From the NCBI GenBank assembly GCA_964016885.1, contig OZ024744.1, forward strand, positions 806,001 through 870,000: a stretch of 64,000 nt of DNA, in the 5' to 3' direction. Source of the stretch: Eledone cirrhosa (taxonomy: Eukaryota). Positions within the stretch are counted from its first letter, which is position 1. Every line of letters starts with the position of its first letter. The position numbers and the translations under genes are program-made. The notes beneath the pieces were generated by a model. It saw only the letters and a list, made by a program, of their open reading frames with translations, was not told the DNA's origin and did not search any database. Below are positions 62,700 through 64,000 of this stretch, one piece after another.

Positions 62700-63900
62700 A
62701 AAGATAGCTTCATGAAGAACGAAGTTTTGAGGGAAGACAAGGTAGAGAAAGATAGCTTGGTGAAGAACGAAGTTTTGAGGGAAGACAAAGTATAGAAAGA
62801 TAGCTTGGTGAAGAACGAAGTTTTGGGGGAAGACAATGTAGAGAAAGATAGCTTGATGAAGAACGAAGTTTTGAGGGAAGACAAGGTAGAGAGAGATAGC
62901 CTGGTGAAGAACGAAGTTTTGGGGGATGACAAAGTAGAGAAAGATAGCTTGGTGAAGAACGAAGTTTTGGGGGAAGACAAGGTAGAGAAAGATAGCTTGA
63001 TGAAGAACAAAGTTTTGGGGGAAGACAAGGAAGAGGAAGATAGCTTGGTGAAGAACGAAGTTTTAGGGAAGACAAGGTAGAGAAAGATAGCTTGGTGAAG
63101 AACGAAGTTTTGGGGGAAGACAAGGTAGAGAAAGATAGCTTGGTGAAGAACGAAGTTTTGCGGAAGACAAGGTAGAGAAATATAGCTCGGTGAAGAACGA
63201 AGTTTTGAGGGAAGACAAGGTAGAGAAACATAGTTGGTGAAGAACGAAGTTTTGAGAGAAGACAAGGTAGAGAAAGATAGCTTGGTGAAGAACGAGGTTT
63301 TGAGGGAAGACAAGGTAGAGAAAGATAGCTTGGTGAAGAACGAAGTTTTGGGGGAAGACAAGGTAGAGAAAGATAGCTTCATAAAGAACGAAGTTTTGAG
63401 GGAAGACAAGGTAGAGAAAGATAGCTTGGTGAAGAACGAAGTTTTGAGGGAAGACAAAGTATAGAAAGATAGCTTGGTGAAGAACGAAGTTTTGGGGGAA
63501 GACAATGTAGAGAAAGATAGCTTGATGAAGAACGAAGTTTTGAGGGAAGACAAGGTAGAGAAAGATAGCCTGGTGAAGAACGAAGTTTTGGGGGATGACA
63601 AAGTAGAGAAAGATAGCTTGGTGAAGAACGAAGTTTTGGGGGAAGACAAGGTAGAGAAAGATAGCTTGATGAAGAACAAAGTTTTGGGGGAAGACAAGGA
63701 AGAGGAAGATAGCTTGGTGAAGAACGAAGTTTTAGGGAAGACAAGGTAGAGAAAGATAGCTTGGTGAAGAACGAAGTTTTGGGGGAAGACAAGGTAGAGA
63801 AAGATAGCTTGGTGAAGAACGAAGTTTTGCGGAAGACAAGGTAGAGAAATATAGCTCGGTGAAGAACGAAGTTTTGAGGGAAGACAAGGTAGAGAAAGAT
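62700..63900 (+). repeat. Short tandem duplication, offset 669 bp (14 monomers minus 3 bp)
   Basis: ORFs 62805/63474 (+) and the - strand ORF ends 62710/63379 differ by 669. Both copies have the same series AGCCTGG, GGATGACAAA, GAAGAGGAAG, TTTTAGGG, TTTTGCGGAAG. Confidence 0.85.
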
Positions 63901-64000
63901 AGTTGGTGAAGAACGAAATTTTGAGGGAAGACAAGGTAGAGAAAGATAGCTTGATGAAGAACAAAGTTTTGAGGGAAGACAAGGTAGAGAAAGATAGCTT

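Larger units (their letters stand above)
1..64000 (+). repeat. 48-bp tandem satellite array, about 1,335-1,340 monomers in a single orientation, extending beyond both window ends
   Basis: Consensus TTGGTGAAGAACGAAGTTTTG[A/G]GGGAAGACAAGGTAGAGAAAGATAGC recurs without spacers from base 1 to 64000. Most copies differ from it by 0-3 substitutions, and roughly one in 8-10 is a 47-bp deletion variant. Consensus (A allele) composition is 19 A, 17 G, 9 T, 3 C. Confidence 0.99.

Noticed and set aside
84-63749. The many short + strand ORFs (MVKNEVLREDKVEKDS...) as a gene cluster, or one giant repeat protein broken by sequencing errors
   Set aside because: Starts are mostly repeat-internal TTG codons. 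Frameshifts and stops recur at homologous positions of duplicated blocks, and the main deletion is not in a homopolymer, so they are real amplified alleles. There is no non-repetitive coding sequence.
1-64000. CRISPR array
   Set aside because: There are no unique spacers, since the entire 48 bp is repeated. There is no palindromic repeat, leader or cas gene.
1-64000. Programmed frameshifting, phase variation, or a diversity-generating or antigenic-variation cassette system
   Set aside because: No recombinase, reverse transcriptase, expression site or conserved slippery-site-plus-structure is visible. The variation is explained by ordinary point mutation plus block duplication, and in-frame stops are amplified too.
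1-64000. Telomeric repeat or canonical G-quadruplex array (TTTTGGGGG, TTTTAGGG motifs)
   Set aside because: There is only one run of three or more G per 48 bp, separated by more than 40 nt. The telomere-like words are isolated variants inside the monomer and are not tandem.
1-64000. Shine-Dalgarno-like (GAGG/GGAG) or promoter-like motifs, tRNA/rRNA/ncRNA, terminators
   Set aside because: Purine-rich words recur as part of the monomer with no context. The strand has very few C residues, so it cannot form stable hairpins or structured RNA.
1-64000. Pure assembly or sequencing artefact (for example a concatemer or collapsed reads)
   Set aside because: Hierarchically shared variants, positional domains and private SNVs between copies are what biological turnover produces. 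Exact copy numbers of the near-identical blocks still need read validation.
1-64000. Embedded transposon, inversion or unique island
   Set aside because: None was seen on reading through, and every ORF in the track translates to the same repeat peptides in the same orientation.

Overview
The whole 64 kb window is one uninterrupted, head-to-tail tandem array of a 48-bp monomer (about 1,335-1,340 copies) that runs off both ends. The consensus is TTGGTGAAGAACGAAGTTTTG[A/G]GGGAAGACAAGGTAGAGAAAGATAGC. I saw no unique sequence, inversion, transposon, RNA gene, CRISPR array or credible protein-coding gene. Every ORF in the six-frame track follows from the repeat itself. One + frame reads LVKNEVL(R/G)EDKVEKDS but is broken every few monomers by amplified 1-bp deletions and nonsense variants. 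The - strand consensus has no stop codon in any frame, which yields giant ORFs of up to 4,718 aa that cycle between three peptides. The informative structure is in the variants. Monomers form nested higher-order units (96, 144, about 862 and about 1,724 bp) and recent block duplications (offsets 669-4,786 bp). These are arranged in successive domains with their own diagnostic SNVs, with visible chimeric monomers. This is the architecture of an actively turning-over satellite array, most plausibly eukaryotic and possibly centromeric or heterochromatic, and possibly derived from a coding repeat. I do not recognise the monomer, and neither the organism nor a function can be established from this sequence. 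Duplication offsets are exact (taken from the ORF track and marker positions), but block boundaries are approximate.
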